Shown: piece by piece, positions 1-10,114 of the stretch
Layout of the letters: each line of letters opens with the position of its first letter
Numbering within the stretch: the first letter of the stretch is position 1
DNA from: an uncultured Deferribacteres bacterium
GTDB taxonomy: Bacteria > Zhuqueibacterota > Zhuqueibacteria > Zhuqueibacterales > Geothermadaptataceae
Reading direction: 5' to 3'
Assembly: GCA_964014485.1 (NCBI GenBank)
Contig: CAXHAT010000034.1
Location: forward strand, 1 to 49,215
Length of the DNA: 49,215 nucleotides
Translations under genes and position numbers: made by a program
The notes under the pieces: generated by a model
Told to the model about the DNA's origin: nothing
Database searches by the model: none
Seen by the model: the letters and a program-made list of their open reading frames with translations, nothing else

Positions 1-46
1 TACACCAAGAAGCTCGTCGGCAGCGTCAGATGTGTATAAGAGACAG
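1..46 (+). other. Illumina/Nextera adapter contamination (P5 end TACAC, 8-nt i5 index, Nextera read-1 adapter)
   Basis: 14-46 is exactly TCGTCGGCAGCGTCAGATGTGTATAAGAGACAG, preceded by TACAC+CAAGAAGC; it creates the spurious 'LSLIHI' C-terminus of ORF 26..1228. Confidence 0.98.
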
Positions 47-1033
47 GCGTGCGCCAATCGTCGGGACAAGCACTGCTCGCTTGTTATATCCCAGAATCTC
101 GCACAAACTGTTGTAGCCGCCGGTGTTCAGTACAAGCTCTGCGTGTTTTACATACTGGCAAATCGATTTCATGAATCGATGGATCGTCACGTTTTCGAGT
201 CCCGCCGCCCTTTGCAGCAACAGTTCCTTCTCGCGTTTGGCCATCATCGGCCCGGTGACGATCATGCTCTGGCATTCAAAGTTATCGCCCGCTTTTTCAA
301 GAAAGCGCAAATAGCTTTCGATAAGCGGAAAACTTTGCAGACCGCTGCCGGCGTTGACAAGAACGAAAGGCTTTTTCAAGCTTTGCGATAAAATTTCTTT
401 TGGAGCGCGGTCAGAACCGTTGTTCGCGCATTTCAAGTAGCCGGTATGAACGACTTTATGCGCAATCTCGGCCGGATAGCCGTAATGCGCAGTTTGATCA
501 AAAACGGATTTGCTGCCGTATACCCATACTTCATCAACAAGCCGCTTGAACATCTTGTAAACAAGATGCGCTTCCCAAGTGCTTTTCACACGCTCGGGAT
601 CGCCAACGATGTCGGGCAGGCTCCAAATGATTTTCGTTTTGGGAAGTTCTTCGCGAACATAGTAAAGCGTCCGTCGCATTTCCGCGGGCAATTTGTTTGG
701 ATCGCCTTCAACGACGACAAGATGAGGACGAAAAGTCTTGGCCGTACTCTGCGCAATCTTACGGCGGATTTTAAGCGTCTTCTTGTTGTGAATATTCAGG
801 CTTCTTGCCCGGAACTCCCGGTTGGATTTATAGACGATTCCCGGCAAATGCACAAAATCAACGTTTTGAGGGAATCGAAACTTTCCAATAATTGAAAGAT
901 CAGTTAAAACGAGAATTGAACAATCATCAACCTTGTCCGCTATGTGCGTAGCGACGTTCAGAGAGCGGGCAGTTTTGCTCAGACCATTGTTATCATGGCT
1001 GATCATCAGGATACGTAGCGAAGACACTGGCAT
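47..1033 (-). CDS. GT-B glycosyltransferase-like protein (COG4671 type), 3'-truncated by contig end
   Basis: RILMISHD..GL N-terminus, FVHLPG, FRPHLVVV, VTGPMM, GGYNSLCEIL motifs; likely start ATG 1033 with GGAGG upstream. Confidence 0.8.
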
Positions 1034-1541
1034 GACCTCCCACTTCGTTGCATTATTCCGCGCCCGCTCGAAACTCCTTTTCGACCGCCTAAATCCGATA
1101 CGTACCGAAATTGCACTGCTCTTCGGCAATCGTCTCCCGATTGCTCTGATTCGCGTACCTGACGTCCGGGCTCTTGTTGTTTTACAAATGCAACCGGGAA
1201 CGACCCTGTTCTCACTGTTGCTCATCAAATAAATTTGCGTTGCTCCATCGCCGTAGCCGTTAAACCGTCTTCCGTTCGGCTTAGCTCCCTAACGGCGGTA
1301 TGCGAGTGCAAATTTAGCTCATACTATACCCCCCGCTTGCATGAGATGAAGAAAGAATTTCTCGCATAAAGCCGCGCAAATTTCTCTCAAATTGTAGGAT
1401 ATGTTTTCAAAAAATGCGTAAAGGTTGGGTGAAGAGAAGGACGTGTTGAGGCGAAACGCGCTTGAATTACACCTGCAAACTTCTTCGGTTGCCATCCTTT
1501 GAAGCCACAAACCGTCAGAAGGATCGCCAGTGTCGAACAGA

Positions 1542-3254
1542 TCAGTTGTTTAACCTATAGGCAAAATCTAGCGAAAAAAGCGTGTTCCGCGAATCGCTGT
1601 GATCTTGATTTCGGCTCCGGTCCTGATCGTAATTGGCGATAACGCTTACCTCCAGCTGAGGAAGCGCTTGCCACGAGAGGAAGAGAAAAACGGAATTGAT
1701 GATTCGATCTGTGTAAAGCCCGAAATTGGAAATATTGCCGGTTATGGAATTGGGGTAGGTGCGCACTTCAAAATTTTCCGTCAGATTCAGCATAAACTTT
1801 CCGGCTCTAAACAACTCCAGAGAAACGCTGAAACCGTGCGCATAATAATCTTCAGAAAGAAGAAAAACGTCGCCGCCGAAGTTGCCGTTCGCCGCGTCAA
1901 CGCTGGCGGGGTTTGCGTCGATTTGATATGATCTTGAAACGTACAAATATCCCGCGCCGGCTTCGACCTCGTTGGAAAGCTTAAGCAAAAATTGCGGATT
2001 CGCGGTGAAATTCCGAAAGTCCGGCGTGACGGCGTCGGCAAGCTCGTAGTTTCGTTGATTGAAATCGCCTTTCAGGTCAAAACTGAAACTTCGCGTGAAA
2101 CCGAATTGGAAATCGGCGCGCAGGTAATTCTCACGATAATCTTTGCGCAGAAAACGAAAGCTCTCCACGTTGTTGGGATCAAAACTCGCGGCCAGCGTGA
2201 CGTAGTCTCGTTTGTAGAAACTGTTTTCCAGCGCGATTGAAGAATTCGCCGCCGTCACTTGATAAATGCTGGCGTCAAGGCGATGCTCGTTATAATTGTC
2301 AAATGAAAAGGTCGGATGGGAGCGTATAACGAAGCTATACTTGCCTGAAAAACGCGCAGACAAGCTCGACTGGTACTGAAAACCGCCGCTGACCAGGTTC
2401 TGAAAATAGTTTGGGAAAAGGTCTGTTTCCAAAGCGTACTTGCGAATTTTCAGCTCGTCCGCGAAATTCAATGAAAAATCTCTTGCCAACTCAAGTGTAC
2501 CGTTCAATTTCGCCGTATTTTCAACGAATTCCAGCGAAAGGCCGTTTCGGTAGCGCGTCCACTCCAGACGGTTTTCAAATCCAAAATGGCTGTCGCTGGT
2601 TTTTCCGGCGCGTTGCCTGAAATCGAAATCGCCGGTCACATAATCACGACTTGCTTTTACCAAAAAATTGGCCGTCACCTCGCCAAAGTTTTTCGTTTGG
2701 TGCGTCGAACGAAGCTTCAGCCCGGTGTATGGATTTCCGGCGCTTTCAAAAAATGTCGTGTCGCTGACGGTCAAAAAGCTCAGCTCAAATTCCTGTCGCC
2801 AGAAATCAAACCCGGAGGTAATTTCCGGGCGGAATTGTGAACGACTTTTCGTTTTTGGGACTGGGGATGAAGAAATTATTGCGGCTGGCTCCGCTTTTCG
2901 GTCAAGCGATTCCTGCGCAATTTCAAGGCCTGTGTCAATATAGAGCTGCGCCGTCTCAAAATCGCCGTCCTTGGCGAAAGTTTCCGCATCTTCCAGCAAT
3001 TCGATAACCTGCAGGAGCAGCTCTTTTTCCTTGCCGTTCTCTTCAGCACGCGCCCAACGAATCAAACGCGTTTTGGTAATGCTGTAATAGACGGCTTCAT
3101 CAATCACTTGCTCGCTTGAGTCCGTTTTTGCCTCTTGCGAAAGCGCACCGGTTGCGGTCACAAGAAAGCACAGCAAACTGACGCAAATCTTTCGGACGTT
3201 CGAATGAAAGCGAATCGGAGAATATGCTTTTTTTTTCCGAATGCAGTGATTCAT
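1542..3254 (-). CDS. Exported outer-membrane beta-barrel-like protein with helical N-terminal domain
   Basis: signal peptide (..ATGALSQE), alternating aromatic beta-strand pattern, C-terminal SLDFAYRL. Confidence 0.65.
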   Translation of the reverse strand: MNHCIRKKKAYSPIRFHSNVRKICVSLLCFLVTATGALSQEAKTDSSEQVIDEAVYYSITKTRLIRWARAEENGKEKELLLQVIELLEDAETFAKDGDFETAQLYIDTGLEIAQESLDRKAEPAAIISSSPVPKTKSRSQFRPEITSGFDFWRQEFELSFLTVSDTTFFESAGNPYTGLKLRSTHQTKNFGEVTANFLVKASRDYVTGDFDFRQRAGKTSDSHFGFENRLEWTRYRNGLSLEFVENTAKLNGTLELARDFSLNFADELKIRKYALETDLFPNYFQNLVSGGFQYQSSLSARFSGKYSFVIRSHPTFSFDNYNEHRLDASIYQVTAANSSIALENSFYKRDYVTLAASFDPNNVESFRFLRKDYRENYLRADFQFGFTRSFSFDLKGDFNQRNYELADAVTPDFRNFTANPQFLLKLSNEVEAGAGYLYVSRSYQIDANPASVDAANGNFGGDVFLLSEDYYAHGFSVSLELFRAGKFMLNLTENFEVRTYPNSITGNISNFGLYTDRIINSVFLFLSWQALPQLEVSVIANYDQDRSRNQDHSDSRNTLFSLDFAYRLNN

Positions 3255-3290
3255 CGGTCACGCTTATAATTGTAATTTGAGATTAAGCAC

Positions 3291-3547
3291 TTATTAACTG
3301 ATGTTACGCGCCACACAATTTCTAAACAAAGCTTAAGCGCAACATCGTCTCATTAGCGCCGGGCTTCAGCCCGGTGACATACGCAACGCTCGTTACCTTC
3401 CCTTCCGCCGCGCTGGCGCGGCGGAAGGGAAAAGGAAAAAAGCCTTCACAAATCTCCGTTCTGAAGAACGGAGCTAATGAGAATCAAAAACAGCACACAG
3501 CGTTATATCCTACACCAAAACGTTGATCGTGTAACATCTGTTATTAA
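3291..3547. mobile_element. Composite MITE-like element: outer ~20-bp inverted repeat enclosing a TCTCATTAGC..GCTAATGAGA REP-like unit (3348-3482)
   Basis: TTATTAACTGATGTTACGCG (3291-3310) is near-complementary to CGTGTAACATCTGTTATTAA (3528-3547); internal hairpins GGGCTTCAGCCC and CCTTCCGCCGCG..CGCGGCGGAAGG. Confidence 0.65.
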
Positions 3548-3564
3548 ACAGGTTCCCCTAACTG

Positions 3565-5154
3565 TTAACGCTGAATAACGCTCTCGTTCGTCCGCAAAAG
3601 CTCCATCCCAACATCGGCCAATTCACCGGCGAGAAAAAATTGTTTCCCAGCAAATTTTTCCCGAGCTTGTTGCAAAATCGTCTCAGCGCTGCGAATGAGT
3701 TGCAGCGCATTGGCGCTCTCAAACCCGGCTGTTTTGGCCGTTGCGTCGTCGAGCATTTGTTTTAAGCGCGCAATTTTGTTCGACGCAACAGTCTCGGTGA
3801 CTGTAAAGCGGCCGCCGCGCTCCTTGTTTTCAGCCTTTGTCAAAAATCTTTGGCCGACGAGCACTTGCTGAACCGCGATGCGCGCACGCCCTTGTCGAAC
3901 AGCTTGTTCGGCCCGGTTTAAGGCGGCTTGAGCAAGTCCGAGAAGTTCCTTTGCGTCAGCATTGTCGGAAGAAATCCGATCATTAGCTGCGGCAAGGGCT
4001 GATTTGAGCTGTTCGATTTCCGCTTCAATACGGGAAGCGGCGGACAGGCTTGTTTGTCCTCTCGCGCGAGAAGCGTTGTCGATCAAATTTCTCACCAGCT
4101 TCAGTCTGCCCTTTGCCGCAACAACACGTTGCGCCTGAATATCACGCTCAATTTGCACCAAGTTATTTTCAATACTGCCAACAATCTGTCGCCCGCGTTC
4201 AGAGTCCATGACCTGGCTGCGATTGCGCAAAGAACGGAAAAGTTCTTTCACCGTAGCCAGTTCGGTTTTCAACAAATCGCGCGTTTGCAGTTGCTGATTT
4301 GAGCACAAATCTTGCGCGCGCAGCAGCAAACGAATGGAGCCGTTGTAAAATTGCCCCGCGAGCAGTTTGTCGCCTTCGCGGAACGCTTGCTCCGCCTTTT
4401 GAAATTGTCGCAACGCGCGATCATAAATGTTTTGCGCGCGCGGATTGTCACACGATTCAATCGCCTTCTTTGTCCGATCCGCCAACGCTTGAAACTGCGC
4501 CCGTTCTTGATCCGCCGAACGCGTTTGCGCTATTTTGATGGAACGGTCGGCAAACTCGGTCGCCAATTCATAATTTTCAATCGCCTCGGGAAGTTTTTGG
4601 GCTTGAATCGCGCGGCGAAATTGGTTTTCGTAGCGCCGCGCCTCCTGCAGCAAGCGCTCGGCTTCCTTATTTTTTGAGCCGATCACTAGACTTTCCGCCT
4701 GGCGCATGAGAGAGGTCAAACGATTGACAAATCTTTTCGCCAGCACTTCCAGCGCTTTGGAAGCCGTTTGGTCGAACAAGCGGTCAGCATTTTCGAGCCG
4801 CCGTTTGATTGCGGCGAGCATGACCAGAACTTCCGGCGGTATGGCAGTGTTACGGTCGCTAAATTTAGTTTTCAGCGTTTCAAAATCGGCCAGCGCTTTT
4901 TCAGCAATATCAGTCGCTTGTGCAAAAAGCGCCTGCGCCACGGAAACCGCGTCTTGCGGCAGAACGCCAAGAACTTGCTGCACAGCGTCTCGCTTTTGCG
5001 TGACCCGCAACTTTAATCTTTCAATGTCCCGTACGGCGCCGCGAGTGTTTTGCGCGAGAGTCTCACCCACACCCAGAGCTAAAGCAAACAGCACTAGCCA
5101 GAAAAAAACGCGTATCCTTTCAAAATTTTGTATGGTCTTCAACATGCCAGACAC
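3565..5154 (-). CDS. Exported all-alpha repeat protein (Ala/Gln/Arg-rich helical bundles)
   Basis: signal peptide VFFWLVLFALALGVGETLA-Q; repeated helical units. Confidence 0.75.
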   Translation of the reverse strand: MSGMLKTIQNFERIRVFFWLVLFALALGVGETLAQNTRGAVRDIERLKLRVTQKRDAVQQVLGVLPQDAVSVAQALFAQATDIAEKALADFETLKTKFSDRNTAIPPEVLVMLAAIKRRLENADRLFDQTASKALEVLAKRFVNRLTSLMRQAESLVIGSKNKEAERLLQEARRYENQFRRAIQAQKLPEAIENYELATEFADRSIKIAQTRSADQERAQFQALADRTKKAIESCDNPRAQNIYDRALRQFQKAEQAFREGDKLLAGQFYNGSIRLLLRAQDLCSNQQLQTRDLLKTELATVKELFRSLRNRSQVMDSERGRQIVGSIENNLVQIERDIQAQRVVAAKGRLKLVRNLIDNASRARGQTSLSAASRIEAEIEQLKSALAAANDRISSDNADAKELLGLAQAALNRAEQAVRQGRARIAVQQVLVGQRFLTKAENKERGGRFTVTETVASNKIARLKQMLDDATAKTAGFESANALQLIRSAETILQQAREKFAGKQFFLAGELADVGMELLRTNESVIQR

Positions 5155-5170
5155 CGATAAAATTTATATT

Positions 5171-5187
5171 GATGAAATCGCGCGCCA
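5171..5187 (-). promoter_or_regulatory. Putative sigma-54 (-24/-12) promoter, non-canonical -12
   Basis: minus strand TGGCGCGCGATTTCA just upstream of the 5154/5145 start. Confidence 0.4.
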
Positions 5188-5318
5188 CACACGGCGATTT
5201 TCTCACACGTTTGCTCAAGCAAACCGGACGCCGCCGTAAATTCTGAAATAAAAAGAACGTCGCGCCCCTTGTTTTTTCTGGAATTATAAAAAATTTGACG
5301 ATGGATAGAAAGGCAAGA

Positions 5319-5358
5319 TGTACCGTTATGTACAAAAGAACGTGTACCGTCGGGTACG
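5319..5358. promoter_or_regulatory. Tandem TGT-N10-ACA-like enhancer-binding-protein sites
   Basis: TGTACCGTTATGTACA (5319-5334) and TGTACCGTCGGGTACG (5343-5358), 24 bp apart; NtrC-type regulator nearby. Confidence 0.5.
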
Positions 5359-5487
5359 AAAGGTTAAAAATTCAAATCGGGATCGCGCCTTTCTTATGGA
5401 GATTCAATCCGGTGGAAAATTGTGATCAAATGAGGATTGTAGAAAATCGTGAAGTATCGAACCGCTGCAATATTTCAGAGCGTTTTC

Positions 5488-5877
5488 TCAAGGCTCAATA
5501 AGACGGCGGTTCGTTATTCGTGCAGCGGTTTTGACAAGTCTTTTGTCGAAGGTCGCGAAAGCTTGAGCATTATGCGATTTTGCCAAATGAATAGCATCGG
5601 CAAAATCCAAGCCGAGTTTATGCCATTCGATTGCATCAAAGATAACGGCTTCGTCTTCCAGCTTAACGTTCGGCAAGCCAAACAGCGCTAAAAAGGCGTC
5701 GATAATGTCGAGCGGCTTCAATTGAAAAGCGTATCGAAGCACCCATTCGGACTCTAAAACGACAGAGATTGTAATAAAAATGGTTTCATTCTCAAACAGT
5801 GCTTTCGCTTTTTTAAATTGTGCGGGATCATCGCCTGTAAGCAGGCGAATGATTATATTTGTATCAATGGATATCAT
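5488..5877 (-). CDS. vapC: PIN-domain toxin (VapC family)
   Basis: IDTNII, E..WVL, DFADAIH, TFDK motifs; 4-bp overlap with upstream antitoxin. Confidence 0.92.
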   Translation of the reverse strand: MISIDTNIIIRLLTGDDPAQFKKAKALFENETIFITISVVLESEWVLRYAFQLKPLDIIDAFLALFGLPNVKLEDEAVIFDAIEWHKLGLDFADAIHLAKSHNAQAFATFDKRLVKTAARITNRRLIEP

Positions 5878-6128
5878 TGCTTTCGTTCCAAAGCGCCCTT
5901 CTTTATCGCTGCATCCATCTCTTCAAGAGAAACAGTATTGCCCGAACGCTTCAAACAACCACCGACCTCTTCGAGTTTGGTTTCTCTAAACAAACGAGAA
6001 GGTCTAAGCAGCACGCCGTCACCAGTATCAATAATTGATAATTCTTGTCCAATATGCCAATTGTGCCTAGACCGCACGATTTTTGGAATGATTACTTGAC
6101 CTTTGCTTGATAATTTGGTCGTTGTCAC
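5874..6128 (-). CDS. AbrB/MazE/SpoVT-family antitoxin
   Basis: TKLSSKGQVIIPK.VR motif; translationally coupled to the PIN gene. Confidence 0.92.
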   Translation of the reverse strand: MTTTKLSSKGQVIIPKIVRSRHNWHIGQELSIIDTGDGVLLRPSRLFRETKLEEVGGCLKRSGNTVSLEEMDAAIKKGALERKQ

Positions 6129-6217
6129 AATGCGCCTCCACGTAAAAGTAAGACCGATGTAAGAAATTTACGACATAGCAAAGAAGACTGCAATCAGTAT
6201 TTTGCGTGGAGCAAGGC

Positions 6218-7564
6218 TTAGTTCAACTGGAGTCCGAATCGTTCCATCATCGAATAGAGCTTGCGGCGGGTAACGCCGAGGAGTTGGGCGGCTTTGGTTT
6301 TGTTGCCATCCGCTTTTTCTATGGCGCGCATAAGCAATTTTTTTTCTAACTCTTCCAGCACAATGCCGTCGTCGGGAATGTCATAGAATGAAGGTGAAGA
6401 GCTCTGACCGTGCAGGTGGGGCGGTAACTCCGTCGGCGTGATTGGCTCGACGCCGGCCATGATGAGGGCGCGTTCGATCACGTTTTCCAGTTCGCGCACG
6501 TTGCCCGGCCAGGCATATTTTCGCAGCAAATCCATCGCGTCCGGCGTAATCGTTGCGCCTTTCTGGTATTTTTCGATGAAATGTTCAACCAATTCAGGCA
6601 CGTCTTCGATGCGACGTTTCAGGCTGGGCAAAGTGATCGGAAATACGTTGATGCGATAATACAAATCTTCCCGGAAACTGCCTTCCTTAATCATTTCTTC
6701 CAGCACGCGATTCGTCGCGGTAATGACGCGCGCTTTCAACGGAATCGGCTCAGTGCCCCCGAGACGCGTGAAGCGTTTTTCCTGCAAAACGCGCAGCAAC
6801 TTGACCTGAATTGCTTGGGAGACCTCGCCAATTTCATCGAGGAAAAGAGTTCCTTCTCCGGCCACTTCAAAGTACCCTAGTTTACGCCGATCCGCTCCAG
6901 TGAAAGCGCCTTTTTCATAGCCAAAAAGCTCGCTCTCCAACAGATTTTCCGGAAAAGCCGCACAATTCACCGCGACGAAATTATGTTCACCGCGCGAGCT
7001 CAAATTGTGGATGGCGCGCGAGGCCAATTCTTTCCCCGTGCCGCTTTCGCCGAGAATCAAAACCGTGGCTTCGCTGGGCGCGACTTTTTCCAGCATTTTA
7101 TAAACCTGCTGCATCGCACCACTCTGACCAACCATATTGTCGATGGAAAACTTGTCTTTGAGCTGCTCTTCCAGCGCCTGATTTCTCAACGCGAGCTTGC
7201 GTTTCTCAAAAACGCGCCCAGCCTTGGTTTTTAACTCTTCCAGCGAGAACGGTTTAATGACATAATCGTACGCCCCCTTTTTCATCGCTTCAACTGCGGT
7301 TTGTGCACTGGCGTAGGCGGTCATTAAAATCACTTCCGTGTCCGGGCTGAGCTTTTTCACCGCTTCGAGCACGCCAATCCCCGTCATGTCCGGCATTTTC
7401 AAATCGGTGATGACCAGAGGAACCGGGTGCTCGCGAAATTTGGCCAAAGCGTCCTCCCCCGATCCGGCGATTGTCGCTTCATAGCCGTCCTGTTTAAACG
7501 CCGTTTCCAAAACGACGGCCATTTTTCTTTCGTCGTCAACGATCAAAAGCGAGCGTTCTTGCAT
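6218..7564 (-). CDS. Sigma-54-dependent response regulator (NtrC/AtoC/ZraR type)
   Basis: REC domain (IVDDE, TDLKMP), AAA+ GESGTGKE, GAFTGA, WPGNVRELEN, Fis-type HTH. Confidence 0.97.
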   Translation of the reverse strand: MQERSLLIVDDERKMAVVLETAFKQDGYEATIAGSGEDALAKFREHPVPLVITDLKMPDMTGIGVLEAVKKLSPDTEVILMTAYASAQTAVEAMKKGAYDYVIKPFSLEELKTKAGRVFEKRKLALRNQALEEQLKDKFSIDNMVGQSGAMQQVYKMLEKVAPSEATVLILGESGTGKELASRAIHNLSSRGEHNFVAVNCAAFPENLLESELFGYEKGAFTGADRRKLGYFEVAGEGTLFLDEIGEVSQAIQVKLLRVLQEKRFTRLGGTEPIPLKARVITATNRVLEEMIKEGSFREDLYYRINVFPITLPSLKRRIEDVPELVEHFIEKYQKGATITPDAMDLLRKYAWPGNVRELENVIERALIMAGVEPITPTELPPHLHGQSSSPSFYDIPDDGIVLEELEKKLLMRAIEKADGNKTKAAQLLGVTRRKLYSMMERFGLQLN

Positions 7565-7621
7565 GGCGGGGGATCCTTGAAAGGGTGGTTTTGAAAATGT
7601 TTTGTTCTGATGATTCTGCCT

Positions 7622-7649
7622 GTAGAGACGCGATGCATCGCGTCTCTAC
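7622..7649. repeat. GTAG-type REP palindrome, class 1
   Basis: perfect palindrome GTAGAGACGCGATGCATCGCGTCTCTAC; identical copy at 11775. Confidence 0.9.
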
Positions 7650-7703
7650 AACATTCATTTTCAACAAAAAACGAGAAACCAAATCGCCGAATCAACCAAA
7701 AAA

Positions 7704-8471
7704 TCACGGCAGGACGGCGGGTTCTTCGGTCAAGATTTGATTCGCCTCTTCATACGAAGCCATCGAGCCGATGTCAAACCTTTGGCCTTCAACTTTGTGC
7801 GCGAACACAGGCTTACGTTCCACGAGGTGAGAAATAAAGAATCCCGGCGCATCCTCTGCGTTTGGCTGCTCAAGATACTCTGGGATATGTTCGAGCGCTT
7901 CAGGTTGCAGACAGTAAAGCGCCGGACACGTCCATTGCGACGGCGGATTTTCCGGTTTTTCGTGCAGCTTCAAAACGCGGTCATTTTCGCCAATCTCCAA
8001 AACGCCGGTGCGTTGCAGCTTTTCCGAATCAGTTTCCGGCAGGGACAAAATATAATTCTTTTGTGTTTCAACAAATTTTTGCCATAAAGGCGCGAGAGAA
8101 AATCGGAAAATATTGTCGCCGGCGGCAATCAGAGTTGGCGTCAACTCGTCTTTTTTGCCCAAAACAAATTGTAAATCGGCGACGGCGCCAAGACGGTTGT
8201 CGTTACTGGTCGTTCCGTCATTGTAAATTTCCATCGAAACGCCGCGTTCATCAAGCTTCGCCTGCCATTCGTTTTTCCATTCCGAAAAGTGCTCAAAAAA
8301 GAGCGCATTGGTGACAATGTCAATTTCTTCTAATTCGGGGAACGCAACAACTTGCTCCATGAAATAGTCAAGAACCGGCTTTTCGGCGACTTTCAACAGC
8401 GGCTTCGGAAAATTTTTGGTTAGCGGATACATTCGAGTAGCAAAACCGGCGCAAATAAAAAGAGCTCTCAT
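7704..8471 (-). CDS. Sugar-phosphate nucleotidyltransferase (NTP_transferase)
   Basis: ALFICAGFATRMYPLT.NFPKPLL, AGDN, EKP, RFDIG; 4-bp overlap with the kinase. Confidence 0.92.
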   Translation of the reverse strand: MRALFICAGFATRMYPLTKNFPKPLLKVAEKPVLDYFMEQVVAFPELEEIDIVTNALFFEHFSEWKNEWQAKLDERGVSMEIYNDGTTSNDNRLGAVADLQFVLGKKDELTPTLIAAGDNIFRFSLAPLWQKFVETQKNYILSLPETDSEKLQRTGVLEIGENDRVLKLHEKPENPPSQWTCPALYCLQPEALEHIPEYLEQPNAEDAPGFFISHLVERKPVFAHKVEGQRFDIGSMASYEEANQILTEEPAVLP

Positions 8472-9670
8472 AGTTTTCTCAATCCATCATCGATTCGGGT
8501 TAAAAAAGTCTGCGCAATCCCTTGCAGTTCAGGAAACTCTCCATAGTATTTTTCGCGGATCGTCTCAGCAGCGCGCTCCGCATGTTTTTTTTCGGCCAAG
8601 GCGACAACACAGCCGCCGTAGCCTCCCCCGGTAAAACGACTGCCGTAAACGCCTGTCGTCGAACTGGCGATTTCGTGCAGAATTTTCAGGTTCTCGCTGC
8701 CGCACTCGTAGTCGGCAATCGAGCTTTGGCAGGAAGCGTTCATCATCTCGCCGAACGCAGCAAAATCCGCTTTCCGCCACGCTTCCCCGCCTTTCCTGAC
8801 ACGCTCGGATTCCGTAAAAAAATGCTTAGCTCGCTTGCGCAAATTTGCAGGCAAACGTTCTTTTAAATCCTCAAATTCTTGACGAGAAATATCGGATAAA
8901 ATGCTTGCCTCCCGCTTTCCACCCATCTCGCCCAATTGCCGGGCGGCTTCGAAGCATTCCTCGACGCGCTGATTAAAACCGGTCGCAACCAAATCTCGCG
9001 AAACGCCGGAATATGCGACGATGAAACACGCCTGATCGCTATGCTCGCGACTCTCGGCATAGCGGACATTTCCGGAAAGCGTGTCAATCATTGCCAGCGA
9101 TCCTTTTCGTCCCCAGACAATGCTTGCCGGGTCGAGTATGCCGTTTTTCAGACCGAGAAAATCGTTCTCAATTTGGCGGTCTAAATCGATAAACTCGGCG
9201 TTTGAAATCTCTAAATCATTAGCCAGAGCGAGCGCTTTCAGCCAGGCCAGACCAACCGAAGCGGACGAACTCAAACCGCTGCCGACAAAATCACCGCTCA
9301 CCGCCCCAACGAACCCGCGGCGTAAACGGTAGTTTCTTTTTAGCGCTTCACTCGCGCCGTGCAAGTATTTTCCCCATTCCGGCAATTTCTCGCTGTCGGG
9401 CGTGTGCAAATCAAAGGCGACTTTTCCTGAAAAATTTTTAGTGTATGCCCGAATTTGCGGCAAATCGGTTGAGGCAAAAACCAGGACCGTCCTTGCATTG
9501 ATCGCCGCGCCCAAAACCGGCCCGCCTTGATGATCAACATGTGCACCCAGAGGACAAATTCGGAGCGGAGAAACGATCGTTTGAACATCGTTTTCTTCAA
9601 ATTGAGCTTTCGTTTTCAGGAAAGAGATCAAATTTTTACGAACGTCTACAATTTGCGGCGGCTCAAACAT
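8468..9670 (-). CDS. GHMP sugar kinase, galactokinase/galacturonokinase-like
   Basis: SPLRICPLGAHVDHQGG, GSGLSSSAS, GILD, GSRFTGGGYGGC; likely start ATG 9670. Confidence 0.88.
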   Translation of the reverse strand: MFEPPQIVDVRKNLISFLKTKAQFEENDVQTIVSPLRICPLGAHVDHQGGPVLGAAINARTVLVFASTDLPQIRAYTKNFSGKVAFDLHTPDSEKLPEWGKYLHGASEALKRNYRLRRGFVGAVSGDFVGSGLSSSASVGLAWLKALALANDLEISNAEFIDLDRQIENDFLGLKNGILDPASIVWGRKGSLAMIDTLSGNVRYAESREHSDQACFIVAYSGVSRDLVATGFNQRVEECFEAARQLGEMGGKREASILSDISRQEFEDLKERLPANLRKRAKHFFTESERVRKGGEAWRKADFAAFGEMMNASCQSSIADYECGSENLKILHEIASSTTGVYGSRFTGGGYGGCVVALAEKKHAERAAETIREKYYGEFPELQGIAQTFLTRIDDGLRKL

Positions 9671-9875
9671 AGGACTCAGAACTTCTGAAAAAATGGATGA
9701 AAAGTGATAAGTACCCGCGATTCGCAAAGGACGCGAATTCGAAGATTCGTCGCAACCAAAAGTCGTCAGATTGATTTTTTGACCTTGCAATTGCGCGCGT
9801 CATGACGTACCTATTTTAGTATTGCAAAATGCTCTGAAGCCAAATACTTCAGTATTTGATAAAAGAGTTTTATGA

Positions 9876-9967
9876 CTCGTTCCCAAACTCCGGTTTGGGA
9901 ATGAAAATGGGCTCAAAACTGGAGTTTTGAGTACAACTGCGTTCCCAATCCAGAGATTGGGAACGAG
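9876..9967. repeat. REP doublet of the CTCGTTCCCAA..TTGGGAACGAG type
   Basis: CTCGTTCCCAAACTCCGGTTTGGGAA and CGTTCCCAATCCAGAGATTGGGAACGAG in inverted arrangement. Confidence 0.75.
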
Positions 9968-10114
9968 AGTTTTTGGAGCTTCGGAATTAGATTCGCGGTA
10001 GTGCATCTCTGCGAGAATGACGTTAAGAATCGGTTGCAGTATAATAGAATTGGCGCGTAGCATCAGTTATCAAATTTCGGCGCATGAATCAGGAAAAATT
10101 CGAAAGAGGTCGGT

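Noticed and set aside
1..46. Apparent Tn5 mosaic end and ORF C-terminus LSLIHI
   Set aside because: Exact Nextera adapter plus index; a library artefact
1231..1315. c-di-GMP-I riboswitch or ops/JUMPstart resemblance
   Set aside because: Lacks the GNRA-capped stem of c-di-GMP-I, and the GGCGGTA motif is on the strand opposite the gene
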